Positions 16,905 to 25,726 are shown, numbered from the stretch's first letter. The stretch is DNA of 32,000 nt from Raphidiopsis brookii D9 (GCA_000175855.1 ACYB01000040.1:1-32000), one strand, 5' to 3'. Notes: generated from the letters alone by a model not told the origin. Translations and numbers: made by a program.

Positions 16905-18713
16905 ATGCAACAAGGTCATAATTCCGATGCAGAAGATTCTTCCCCACATCATGAGAATAACAAGAAGGGGAAACGCCTTAATTCTAACCTGGGTATAAAT
17001 AGACGTTCATTTATTGGTCGTGGCGGTCTTGCCGGAGGCTTTCTCATCGGTATAACAGGTGCATCCTTGATTGAGAACGGCAAAACAAGTGTTGTTCAAG
17101 CTCAGAACACGGCAATTAAGGGTAAATACCCCAAGTTATTAGAGAAAACCTACAATATACGTGTATCAGCAGCGAAAGCAAATCGAGAAACTCCTGTTCC
17201 CCCCCAACCAACAAATGGTGATGAGGATCTCTATCCTAACAAAATAGGTTCTGATTCAAGAGGTTTGCCCCATAATAATTTGGGTGAAGTCGACCTCAAG
17301 GCTTATGAAACCTTAACCAAAGCGATAAGAACTCATAATCATGATGATTTTGAAAATGTTATTTTGGGTGGTACAAGGAAATTGGTTAATGCTCAGGCTC
17401 CTCTAGCTGTCAGTTTAGAAGGGACTAGCCCGTTACAAGTATCAGTTCCACCACCACCTAACTTAACAAGTCCAGAAAGAGCTCATGAAGCAATTGAGCT
17501 TTATTGGCAAGCTTTACTACGAGATATCCCTTTCCACAAACTGCAAAATAACACTGATGATCCTCTGGTTTTAGCTGCGGTTGAGGAACTAAATCAACTC
17601 TCTAATTTTAAAGGTCCCAAGGAAAATGGACGTGTGACCCCCCAAAGTCTATTTCGTGGTAGTGTTACCTATGTTGACAAAAATGATCGGTCTGGAAAGA
17701 CTTCAAAACACGTTACCCCACCGGGAGTACTTATTGGACCTCATATCTCCCAATTTGCACTGCTAAATATACCTTGGGGAGTCCAATATGTTCCACCTGT
17801 AATTCGCACCACTGTGTCGGGCAATGACTTTCTGACTGATTATGAGGAATGGTTAAATGTACAGAATGGTGGTACCCCAAAACAGTCCACTTTTGATCCG
17901 ATCCGCCGTTACATTTCTACTATTCGTGACCTGTCAGAGTTTTCCCATACCCCCGGCGCTTCATTTTATGGTGCCTCTTTAATTCTTGCTACCACCAGAA
18001 ATGCTAAAGATCCCCTGAGTGGAGGGATTGGTGCACCCTTTAATCCGGGCAATCCATTCGTCAAATCAAAAACTCAACAGGGTGGTAATGGTTCTTTTGC
18101 TGTTGGACACCTACAAGCTTTATTAAGCTTGAGTACATCCCGTGCCATCAGGGTAGCATATTGGCAAAAATATTATGTACACCGCATACTGCGTCCTGAA
18201 GCATATAGTGGGTTAGTCCACCACAATATTCTCAATAGAACTCAATATCCAGTTCATAGAGCTATCTTGAATTCTAAAGCTCTGGCTAGGAGTTTTAGCA
18301 AGTTTGGTTCTTATTTGTTACCCCATGGATATCCTGAAGGATCACCTATTCATTCATCTTATGTTGGTGGTGCAGCTGCGATCGCAGGTGCAAATGTCAC
18401 CATTCTCAAGGCATATTTTGATGAGAATTTTGTCATTCCCAATCCCGTAATTCCCGATCCAAATGACCCAACTAAAGTTATTCCCTATAACGGAGATCCC
18501 TTAACCATAGGTGGTGAGTTGAATAAGCTAGCTACAAATTATGCTCTCGGTCGCGGACATGGTGGTATTCACTGGCGTACGGACGGTTCTGCTGGACTGG
18601 CTTTAGGAGAAGAAGTTGCTATTGCCATTCTTAAGGATGAGTCCTTGGGTTACAATGAGAAGTTTGCGGGCTTTACCTTCACCAAATTTGATGGCACTAA
18701 GGTTACGGTTTAA
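16905..18713 (+). CDS. Tat-exported vanadium-haloperoxidase/PAP2-superfamily-like protein
   Basis: 602 aa. Tat motif NRRSFIGRGGLAG. PAP2/VHPO motif 1 WQKYYVHRILRPE (K-x7-RP) and motif 3 GRGHGGIHWRTD (R-x5-H-x3-D). Motif 2 reads HSSYVGGAAA where HPSYPSGHA is expected. Confidence 0.7.
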   Translation: MQQGHNSDAEDSSPHHENNKKGKRLNSNLGINRRSFIGRGGLAGGFLIGITGASLIENGKTSVVQAQNTAIKGKYPKLLEKTYNIRVSAAKANRETPVPPQPTNGDEDLYPNKIGSDSRGLPHNNLGEVDLKAYETLTKAIRTHNHDDFENVILGGTRKLVNAQAPLAVSLEGTSPLQVSVPPPPNLTSPERAHEAIELYWQALLRDIPFHKLQNNTDDPLVLAAVEELNQLSNFKGPKENGRVTPQSLFRGSVTYVDKNDRSGKTSKHVTPPGVLIGPHISQFALLNIPWGVQYVPPVIRTTVSGNDFLTDYEEWLNVQNGGTPKQSTFDPIRRYISTIRDLSEFSHTPGASFYGASLILATTRNAKDPLSGGIGAPFNPGNPFVKSKTQQGGNGSFAVGHLQALLSLSTSRAIRVAYWQKYYVHRILRPEAYSGLVHHNILNRTQYPVHRAILNSKALARSFSKFGSYLLPHGYPEGSPIHSSYVGGAAAIAGANVTILKAYFDENFVIPNPVIPDPNDPTKVIPYNGDPLTIGGELNKLATNYALGRGHGGIHWRTDGSAGLALGEEVAIAILKDESLGYNEKFAGFTFTKFDGTKVTV

Positions 18714-18806
18714 TAGTTGACTTCAAATTCAACTTGATCAATTAGGAATATGGGGAATATACTTTTCTCATATTCCGGCAATTTAATAAACCATAGTAAA
18801 CATATA

Positions 18807-19634
18807 ATGAATATGACTAGTGCTAATCAATTACTAAATCATCGGTATGGGAATGGCAATTTTAATTCGGATGTACCTTGGAATGATACTTTGGAGACCT
18901 TGCTATCCCATCGGTCAATTCGTGGGTATCTAGGAAATAGTTTGCCCTCGGGCACCTTAGAAATTTTAATTGCTGCAGCTCAATCAGCATCCACATCCTC
19001 TAATCTCCAAACCTGGAGCGTTATAGCAGTGGAAAATACGGACCGTAAACAACAATTGTCCCAACTGGCTAATAATCAACCCCACATTCGTCAGTGTCCT
19101 TTATTTCTAGTCTGGTTAGCGGATTTAGCTAGACTAGCACATATCGCTGAAGAGCGGGGACTACCCCATGAAGGATTGGACTATCTGGAAATGTTCCTTA
19201 TGGCTGCTCTGGATACCGCCTTGGCAGCACAAAATGCTGTTGTAGCAGCAGAATCCTTAGGATTAGGAACCGTTTACATTGGTGCATTAAGAAATAACCC
19301 TCTGGAAGTGGCACGTTTACTCAATTTGCCTTCCCATGTTGTGGCTGTATTTGGTTTGTGTGTTGGCTATGCTGATCCAGTTATAAATGTGGATATAAAA
19401 CCTCGTTTGCCTCAATCTGTGGTCTTACACAGAGAAAACTATCAACTACAAACCCAAAATGAAGGAATTGCTCGGTATAATCAAGTGATGGAAGAATTTT
19501 ATAGTTCACAAAATATGAATGTTCCGGGTGATTGGTCAGAACATTCTAGCAAAAGAGTTGCCAATGCCAATTCTTTAACCGGTAGACAAAACCTACGGGA
19601 AATTCTCACAAAACTTGGATTTCAACTGCGCTGA
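18807..19634 (+). CDS. NfsA/Frp-family NADPH-dependent flavin oxidoreductase (nitroreductase fold)
   Basis: Start placed at ATG 18807 (MNMTSANQ...); the track ORF starts at 18750. It aligns by eye along its length with E. coli NfsA: LLSHRSIRGY, AAQSASTSSNLQ, AAQNAVVAAESLGLGTVYIGALRNN, LFGLCVGY..D.KPRLP. Confidence 0.85.
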   Translation: MNMTSANQLLNHRYGNGNFNSDVPWNDTLETLLSHRSIRGYLGNSLPSGTLEILIAAAQSASTSSNLQTWSVIAVENTDRKQQLSQLANNQPHIRQCPLFLVWLADLARLAHIAEERGLPHEGLDYLEMFLMAALDTALAAQNAVVAAESLGLGTVYIGALRNNPLEVARLLNLPSHVVAVFGLCVGYADPVINVDIKPRLPQSVVLHRENYQLQTQNEGIARYNQVMEEFYSSQNMNVPGDWSEHSSKRVANANSLTGRQNLREILTKLGFQLR

Positions 19635-19665
19635 GAATGGTGACCCAATCCTCAACCATTTTTTC
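19634..19665 (+). terminator. Putative intrinsic terminator in the 29-nt convergent gap
   Basis: agaatggt (19634-19641) pairs with accatttt (19655-19662): 8 bp including one G-U, with a 13-nt loop. It runs into a T7 tract at 19659-19665. Confidence 0.4.
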
Positions 19666-20617
19666 AATAGCCAGCATTTTTGTCTACCACGTTCTGTAAT
19701 GGCTTTCCCTCAAGATAGCGAGTAAGATTTTCCAGAAATAAATCAAATGTTCTTTGTTTAGTTTTGGGGGAATCCCCGGAATTATGGGGTGTAATTAGCA
19801 AATTGGGCAATTTCCATAAGGGGCTTTCCGGTGGTAAGGGTTCTGTTAATACAGTGTCTAAAGCCGCCCCAGCAATGCGGTTTTCCTCCAATGCTTGGAT
19901 TAGTGCTTGCTCATCTACAATTCCCCCTCTGGCAATATTAATCAAATAGGAATTAGTCCTAAACAATGCCAAGGTATTAGCATCAATCATGCCCTTAGTT
20001 TCTGGAGTTAATGGTGTGGCAATAACTACAAAATCTGCTTGAGGTAAAAGTTGTCTCCATTCATTAACTCCTACCACCTGATCAAAGTTTGGCAGTTGTT
20101 TGGGATGGCGAGAACTGCCAAAAACTTTCATGCCAAAAACCTTTGCTCGCACAGCTATTTCCTTTCCAATTCCACCCGCACCAATAATTAATAAGGTTTT
20201 TTCAGATAGCTCATTTAAGGGGACACCTCGTTGCCATTTATTTTCACTATGTAGCCGATAAAATTTTGCCAGTTGCTTGACATGAGCCAGAATATAGGTT
20301 ATCACAAACTCAGCTATGGGAATACCATGAATTCCTGCACCGTTAGTTAAAATTAAATCTCGCTCTAAATATTTTTGGGTGAGAATATGATTAACACCTG
20401 CATTGGGAGCGTGATGCCATCGCAGTGAAGGTGCAGCTTCTAAAACTCGATGTAAGGTTGTTGGCTTAAGGTAAAACCAGCTGAAGTAAACTTCTGCATC
20501 TGTTGCATCACCATCTAAATTACCATCACTGTCCACGCGGATAACTTTAATTTCAGTTTCCTTTGGTAAATGTGGTTCAATTTCTTCAGCAATTTCTACA
20601 GGTAATATTAGCTTCAC
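19664..20617 (-). CDS. D-isomer-specific 2-hydroxyacid dehydrogenase family, NAD(P)-binding
   Basis: 317 aa. LLIIGAGGIGKEIAVRAKVFGMKV (GxGxxG), INIARGGIVDEQAL, and AALDTVLTEPLPPESPLW..PNLLITPHNSG. Confidence 0.85.
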   Translation of the reverse strand: MKLILPVEIAEEIEPHLPKETEIKVIRVDSDGNLDGDATDAEVYFSWFYLKPTTLHRVLEAAPSLRWHHAPNAGVNHILTQKYLERDLILTNGAGIHGIPIAEFVITYILAHVKQLAKFYRLHSENKWQRGVPLNELSEKTLLIIGAGGIGKEIAVRAKVFGMKVFGSSRHPKQLPNFDQVVGVNEWRQLLPQADFVVIATPLTPETKGMIDANTLALFRTNSYLINIARGGIVDEQALIQALEENRIAGAALDTVLTEPLPPESPLWKLPNLLITPHNSGDSPKTKQRTFDLFLENLTRYLEGKPLQNVVDKNAGY

Positions 20618-20678
20618 GACAAATTATTCCTAAATACTTGATAGTTAACAAAGTCTTAATGAGCCATATTTTAGTATC

Positions 20679-20999
20679 TTAATTTATTATTAGATACGTA
20701 GAGTCCTGGTTAGAAGTGTTCCTCTGCAACTCTGTCCAACCAATATTTTTTCTGTAACTGCCTAAAAGTGCTGCTTCTTCCAGAAATTTTTCATCTATTT
20801 GTGCCAAAGGATCCACCTCTGGTGCAACGTATAGTGCATCTACTGGACAGTATAACTCACACATGAAACAAGTTTGACAGTCATTTTGTCTAGCTATTAT
20901 TGGAGGTCCATTTACTACTTTATCAAACACATTGGTTGGACAAACTTTGACACAAATATTACATTTAATACACCTGGATTCACTGACTAGTTCAATCAT
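20679..20999 (-). CDS. 2x[4Fe-4S] dicluster ferredoxin
   Basis: 106 aa, with CIKCNICVKVCP and CQTCFMCELYCP. Confidence 0.8.
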   Translation of the reverse strand: MIELVSESRCIKCNICVKVCPTNVFDKVVNGPPIIARQNDCQTCFMCELYCPVDALYVAPEVDPLAQIDEKFLEEAALLGSYRKNIGWTELQRNTSNQDSTYLIIN

Positions 21000-21108
21000 G
21001 ATTTGTTAGTAGGTTTTGACAATAGATAGGATCATTAGTAGAATCATTATTTGAGGTGGAGCAGAAATAACTCCACCAGAAGCTTGCTTATACTGAATTC
21101 AAACCATA

Positions 21109-22743
21109 TTAGAGAGAAGTCTTATCCAGATGTGTCCTCATGGGTATGGTTATGCTTTTGACCCAAACTTGGTCCAAACCTCCACTAATTAAGTGGTGTT
21201 GTTGAGCTGCATCAAGTTCTGGATAGTCCTGGCGTCTGTGCATCCCACGGGTTTCTCTTCTTTCTAAAGCACTACTATACATCCATCTGGCAGTGGCCAC
21301 CATAGCCGCAGCTTCCCTTGTTCGTAGAAGATTATTGTTACTTGCTACTTCACCTTGACGAATTGCCTTCCATAGAGAATCTAATTTCCCCAGTGATGTG
21401 GTCAATCCCTCTTCATTACGGAAATAGTTGCGATTATATGGAAAGACCTCTGCTTGAGTAGCTTTGACAATTTCTTCACTTTCAACCTGATTGCTACTAC
21501 CGGATGTTAATCCGGCCCCCTCTAAAAATTCCACATATCTCTCGTTGGCTGCTATGCCCATATCCTGAGAGTATTTTGCAGCAAATTTCCCCGCCCAGTA
21601 TCCCGAAGACAATGCCCAGGCAGCATTATGACTACCACCACCAGTAAAACCACCACAAATTAATTCTCTTGTTGCAGCATCCCCAGCTGCATACAGTCCA
21701 GGGACAGAGGTAGCACAGGTGTAGTCTGTAATTCTAATGCCACCCGTTCCCCTTACGGTACCTTCCAAACGCAAAGTAACAGGAAACCTTTGGGTAAACG
21801 GATCAATTCCTAGGCGATCAAAAGGTAGAAAGAAGTTTGGTTGAGATAATCGCATTGTTGACCGCATTTGTTCTGAGGCCTTATCAATAATCGCATAAAC
21901 CGGTTGAGTTAATAGGGTTTGAGCAATGACAGAACGACCTTTCTGAGATCCAGCACCAGGTATGAGCGTGCCATCTTCGTAAGTAAAACTGGCCCAGTTA
22001 TAGAATAGAGTTTTGGTGACTGAAGAAAACGCGGGAGCAATGGCGTAGGCGTTGGAAAATTCCATCCCCGACATTTCCGCTCCCATCTCCGCTGCCATTA
22101 AGTATCCATCCCCAGTTAACACATTACAACCCAGAGCTTTACTTAAAAATGCACAACCACCCGTAGCAATTACTACTGCATGCGATCGCACAATCCAATT
22201 CTCTCCAGTTTGACGATTAATTCCCCTGGAACCAGCTACTGCGCCCTCTTTATCTACCAACAATTGCAAAGCAGGACTATGGTCTAAAATTTTCACTCCT
22301 GCTTGTTTAACTTTTTTTCTCATGAGACGCATATACTCAGGTCCTTGAAGACTGCGTCTGTAGGATTTACCTTCCTCATCTGTGGGAAAAGGATAGCCCC
22401 AATCAGCTAATTGGTTAACGTTTGTATAGGTCTGATCTAACACACGCTCCATCCAATCTCTTAAGGACAAAAATCCCCCCAGAGATTCTCTAGAAGCCAT
22501 TGCTGCTTCTCTGCTTTCAGGTTCCGGTGGCACATACCACACACCGTTACCAGCCGCTGCTGCACAACCACTAGTACCACAATAGCCTTTATCTACTAAC
22601 ACTACTTTAGCTCCGGCATTAGCAGCGCTCCATGCTGCCCAAGCGCCAGCTGGTCCACCACCAATTACTAATACATCAGCTACTAAAGTTTCGTGACTGT
22701 TCTTCTTGGAGGAAACCGAAAAAGAAAACTTTTCCTGAGTCAT
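21109..22743 (-). CDS. FAD-dependent oxidoreductase, fumarate reductase/succinate dehydrogenase flavoprotein superfamily
   Basis: 544 aa. DVLVIGGGPAGAWAAWSAANAGAKVVLVDKG, PGLYAAGDAA, and C-terminal ERRETRGMHRRQDYPELD. Confidence 0.8.
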   Translation of the reverse strand: MTQEKFSFSVSSKKNSHETLVADVLVIGGGPAGAWAAWSAANAGAKVVLVDKGYCGTSGCAAAAGNGVWYVPPEPESREAAMASRESLGGFLSLRDWMERVLDQTYTNVNQLADWGYPFPTDEEGKSYRRSLQGPEYMRLMRKKVKQAGVKILDHSPALQLLVDKEGAVAGSRGINRQTGENWIVRSHAVVIATGGCAFLSKALGCNVLTGDGYLMAAEMGAEMSGMEFSNAYAIAPAFSSVTKTLFYNWASFTYEDGTLIPGAGSQKGRSVIAQTLLTQPVYAIIDKASEQMRSTMRLSQPNFFLPFDRLGIDPFTQRFPVTLRLEGTVRGTGGIRITDYTCATSVPGLYAAGDAATRELICGGFTGGGSHNAAWALSSGYWAGKFAAKYSQDMGIAANERYVEFLEGAGLTSGSSNQVESEEIVKATQAEVFPYNRNYFRNEEGLTTSLGKLDSLWKAIRQGEVASNNNLLRTREAAAMVATARWMYSSALERRETRGMHRRQDYPELDAAQQHHLISGGLDQVWVKSITIPMRTHLDKTSL

Positions 22744-22821
22744 GATTATTGTCTCCCAAATTGTAGTATGAACTGCGATAAAAATGTAGTAAAAACTATC
22801 AGCAAAAAACTTTGATCCTAA

Positions 22822-23865
22822 TTACGGTGCTGGATTAGGATAACGAGTATTAACAGCATCTATTTCTTGGAAAATCTCTGGTTCTAAGACTATATTCACA
22901 CTATCTATATCTTCTTGCAGTTGAGCCAAGGTCGTAGCCCCAATAATTGTGCTTTTTACAAACCAACGACTTCTCACAAAGGCAATAGATAATTGAGCAG
23001 GTTTGAGATTATATTTTTTCGCAATCTCGATATAGGAAATTACAGCTTCTTTCACATTGGGTTTCAAATAACGCTGCCCAAAACCCGGAAACAAGGATAT
23101 ACGAGTGTTTTTTACCTCTTCATTCTCTATGTATTTACCAGTTAAAAACCAAAATGCTAGGGGACTGTAAGCGAGCAGTCCCACATCAGTATGGCGAGCA
23201 ACTTCTGCTAAACCTGAATCAAAACTGCGATTAAGCAAATTGTAAGCATTTTGAATCGAAACAACTTTCGGAAGTTTCAATTCCTTAGCAATACGGACAA
23301 ACTCAGTTACCCCCCATGGGGTTTCATTACTTAAACCAAGATAACGAATCTTACCTGCGTCAATTAGCTTGGCAAAAGCAGTTAACTGCTCACTAATTGG
23401 CACGCTATCCCTTTCCAAATCGGGATTATATACTGTTTGTCCAAAGGTTGGAACATAACGTTCCGGCCAATGAATTTGATACAAATCTATATAGTCAGTT
23501 TGTAATCTTTTTAAACTTTCCTCAACTGCTTGTTGAATATTTTGCTGATCAACCTTATTATTTCCCCCTCGTAACCAGGTAAACGGACGACCAGGTCCGG
23601 CAATCTTTGTTGCTATTATCAGCTTATCTCTTTGCTGATTCTTTAGCCACTCACCAATATAGACTTCTGTTTTTCCCTGGGTTTCACCACGAGGGGGCAC
23701 TGGATACATTTCCGCAGTGTCTATAAAATTTATCCCCTTGTCAACAGCATAATCAAGTTGTTCATATGCTTCCGACCCGGTATTTTGATGACCATAGGTC
23801 ATGGTCCCTAGACAAATATCAGAAACGTAAAGATTACTTTCCCCAAGTTGATTGTATTTGACCAT
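22822..23865 (-). CDS. tas: NADP(H)-dependent aldo-keto reductase, Tas-like
   Basis: 347 aa. LGTMTYG..N...A..QLDYAVDKGINFIDTAEMYPVPPRGETQGKTE closely follows E. coli Tas as I remember it. Also DLYQIHWP and LGLSNETPWG. Confidence 0.85.
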   Translation of the reverse strand: MVKYNQLGESNLYVSDICLGTMTYGHQNTGSEAYEQLDYAVDKGINFIDTAEMYPVPPRGETQGKTEVYIGEWLKNQQRDKLIIATKIAGPGRPFTWLRGGNNKVDQQNIQQAVEESLKRLQTDYIDLYQIHWPERYVPTFGQTVYNPDLERDSVPISEQLTAFAKLIDAGKIRYLGLSNETPWGVTEFVRIAKELKLPKVVSIQNAYNLLNRSFDSGLAEVARHTDVGLLAYSPLAFWFLTGKYIENEEVKNTRISLFPGFGQRYLKPNVKEAVISYIEIAKKYNLKPAQLSIAFVRSRWFVKSTIIGATTLAQLQEDIDSVNIVLEPEIFQEIDAVNTRYPNPAP

Positions 23866-23969
23866 GTTACTAAATTATCCTCGTTACAAGAAAATAACTA
23901 AATTATCTGCAAATTCCACAAGCAGCTTTAAAATGCTTTTGTAGTTCATAACAAAAATCTAATAAACGA

Positions 23970-25190
23970 CTAATAAATAGCTGCCAAAACCCTATCCACT
24001 CCAGCGCGCAACGCTGTAGCAGCACCAGAACTCATATCTCGTGGCGCGCAAATACGATTTCTCAAATATGCTAGTGTAATGGCCCCTACAGCTGCAAAAT
24101 TTGGATCCACACCTTCTTTTCCACCCGCATTACCACCCAATAAAAGTTTGTTATCACCATTAACTAAATAATCTGCTAACAATCTCAGATAATATTCCAC
24201 GGACTCTCGAATACTGACAACATCACCCAAAAGCTCTAATCCAGAGTTCTTAACTATGTCTTTAATGGCAGCATCACGATTATTAGCCAGTCTTTCACTA
24301 GCTTCTGCTCTGTATTCTAGAAGCTCACTTTCTGCTAAATTCAAGGGTAAGGGACTACCAATAGGTTTTAACCCAAATCTCCGTCTTAAAAGCAAATTGT
24401 TAGTGATGGGATCGGACTTCACCCTGCTAAATGCGGGACGCTCTTTAAAAGCTGCAAACCAGGTATTAATTCTAGGGAAACGGGGATTTCCTAAAAGGGC
24501 ATAATCCCGATATACAGGCAAATTTGCTGCTAGTCTATCCAAATGGGGAATATACATGATATCAACCAAGCTAAAGGTTGACAAAAAATAAGGCCCCGGA
24601 TATTGACCTAAATCTTCCTCAAATTCATCTAATTTACTTTCCAATTCTAGTTCTAACTTTGCTAACTCATTTTTATCCTCCGGAGGTTGTCGCAGCAGCT
24701 TGTAGGCAACAGTTTGCAATTCATTGGTTTCTGCTTTTTCGACCCATTGTCTGGCTACTTGATTTTCCTGTGGATCCTCAGGAAGCAAAGTCTCATCAAA
24801 ATGCTCTTCTATAGCTAGAAGAATATCCTTGGATTCATAAACTAGTCTCCCCTCTATTTTGGCAGCAGGAACAAGAGTTGTGGGTACTAAATCTGTATAC
24901 CATTTCGGCTTATTAGTTAAATCAATAAACTCTGTGCTGAATGGTATCTGCTTTTCTTCCAAAGCTAACCAAACTCGCTCACAAAATGGACACCAAGAAT
25001 TACTGTCACGGTAAAGTAGAATCGGAGGTTGACCATCTGGTGGTAGTTTATTCCAACCAGCAGGAATGGGTGCACTTGAGGGATTCTGTCCCCATCTTTT
25101 TATTCGACGAGCAGAAGTGTACTTCTGCGCAGTTTCTAGCAGTTCCTCCCAATCGGGTATTGTAGAACTGGGTATTGTAACAGGGGACAT
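23970..25190 (-). CDS. Cys-type glutathione S-transferase-like protein (CPFC active site) with long C-terminal extension
   Basis: 406 aa. Thioredoxin-fold N-domain ILLYRDSNSWCPFCERVWLALEEKQIPF...PAAKIEGRLVYESKDIL, then a GST C-domain-like helix region, then ~150 further residues with no motif I recognise. Confidence 0.65.
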   Translation of the reverse strand: MSPVTIPSSTIPDWEELLETAQKYTSARRIKRWGQNPSSAPIPAGWNKLPPDGQPPILLYRDSNSWCPFCERVWLALEEKQIPFSTEFIDLTNKPKWYTDLVPTTLVPAAKIEGRLVYESKDILLAIEEHFDETLLPEDPQENQVARQWVEKAETNELQTVAYKLLRQPPEDKNELAKLELELESKLDEFEEDLGQYPGPYFLSTFSLVDIMYIPHLDRLAANLPVYRDYALLGNPRFPRINTWFAAFKERPAFSRVKSDPITNNLLLRRRFGLKPIGSPLPLNLAESELLEYRAEASERLANNRDAAIKDIVKNSGLELLGDVVSIRESVEYYLRLLADYLVNGDNKLLLGGNAGGKEGVDPNFAAVGAITLAYLRNRICAPRDMSSGAATALRAGVDRVLAAIY

Positions 25191-25304
25191 TTTTACCTCG
25201 CTTTTTCCGCAATTCCAGAAAATACAAATGGTTTGGATTATTAATCCCCGGTCAAAAATCCCTGGTTTTTAACCTGGGGAAGCTAAAATATTCGACCGTA
25301 TATT

Positions 25305-25340
25305 AAAAGTACTGTGAATTTATCGGATAACAGTACTTTT
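25305..25340. promoter_or_regulatory. Perfect 10-bp inverted repeat (aaaagtactg N16 cagtactttt) in the GST/GST divergent region
   Basis: Arms at 25305-25314 and 25331-25340. A related half-site, gataaacagtactt, occurs at 25662-25675, ~50 nt before the 25727 start. Confidence 0.3.
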
Positions 25341-25726
25341 CAAGATGAGGTAACCATACTACAGAAGTTTGGGATAAATCAAGTATTGGATATTACAAAA
25401 TTCCCATAACCTGATTTTTTTTGCAAGTAGCTTTGATAGAAACACTCTTTTGAGATTTGTTATAGCTTCTTAGCTATTAATTACATCCCATGTGGGTAAA
25501 TGGCGATCGCTTGATTATTCTTGATTATTTAGGTTCCTAAGAGGAAAAAACAGACCTTACCATGATTTGGGACCTACAAAGATAAAAAATCAATGTTGAC
25601 AAAAATACTTGCTTTTTTGCCTGGACTATGAAACAATCATCTAATATACGGTAAACCGACAGATAAACAGTACTTATTGATTACCAGGTAACGAAGTTTC
25701 AATCGCAAGAGTAAGGAAATAATTTG

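Noticed and set aside
25602-25612. 11-mer aaaatacttgc shared between the GST promoter region (25602-25612) and the ssuB promoter region (30947-30957)
   Set aside because: Exact 11-mers recur by chance on the order of a hundred times in a window this size. No palindromic or positional support.
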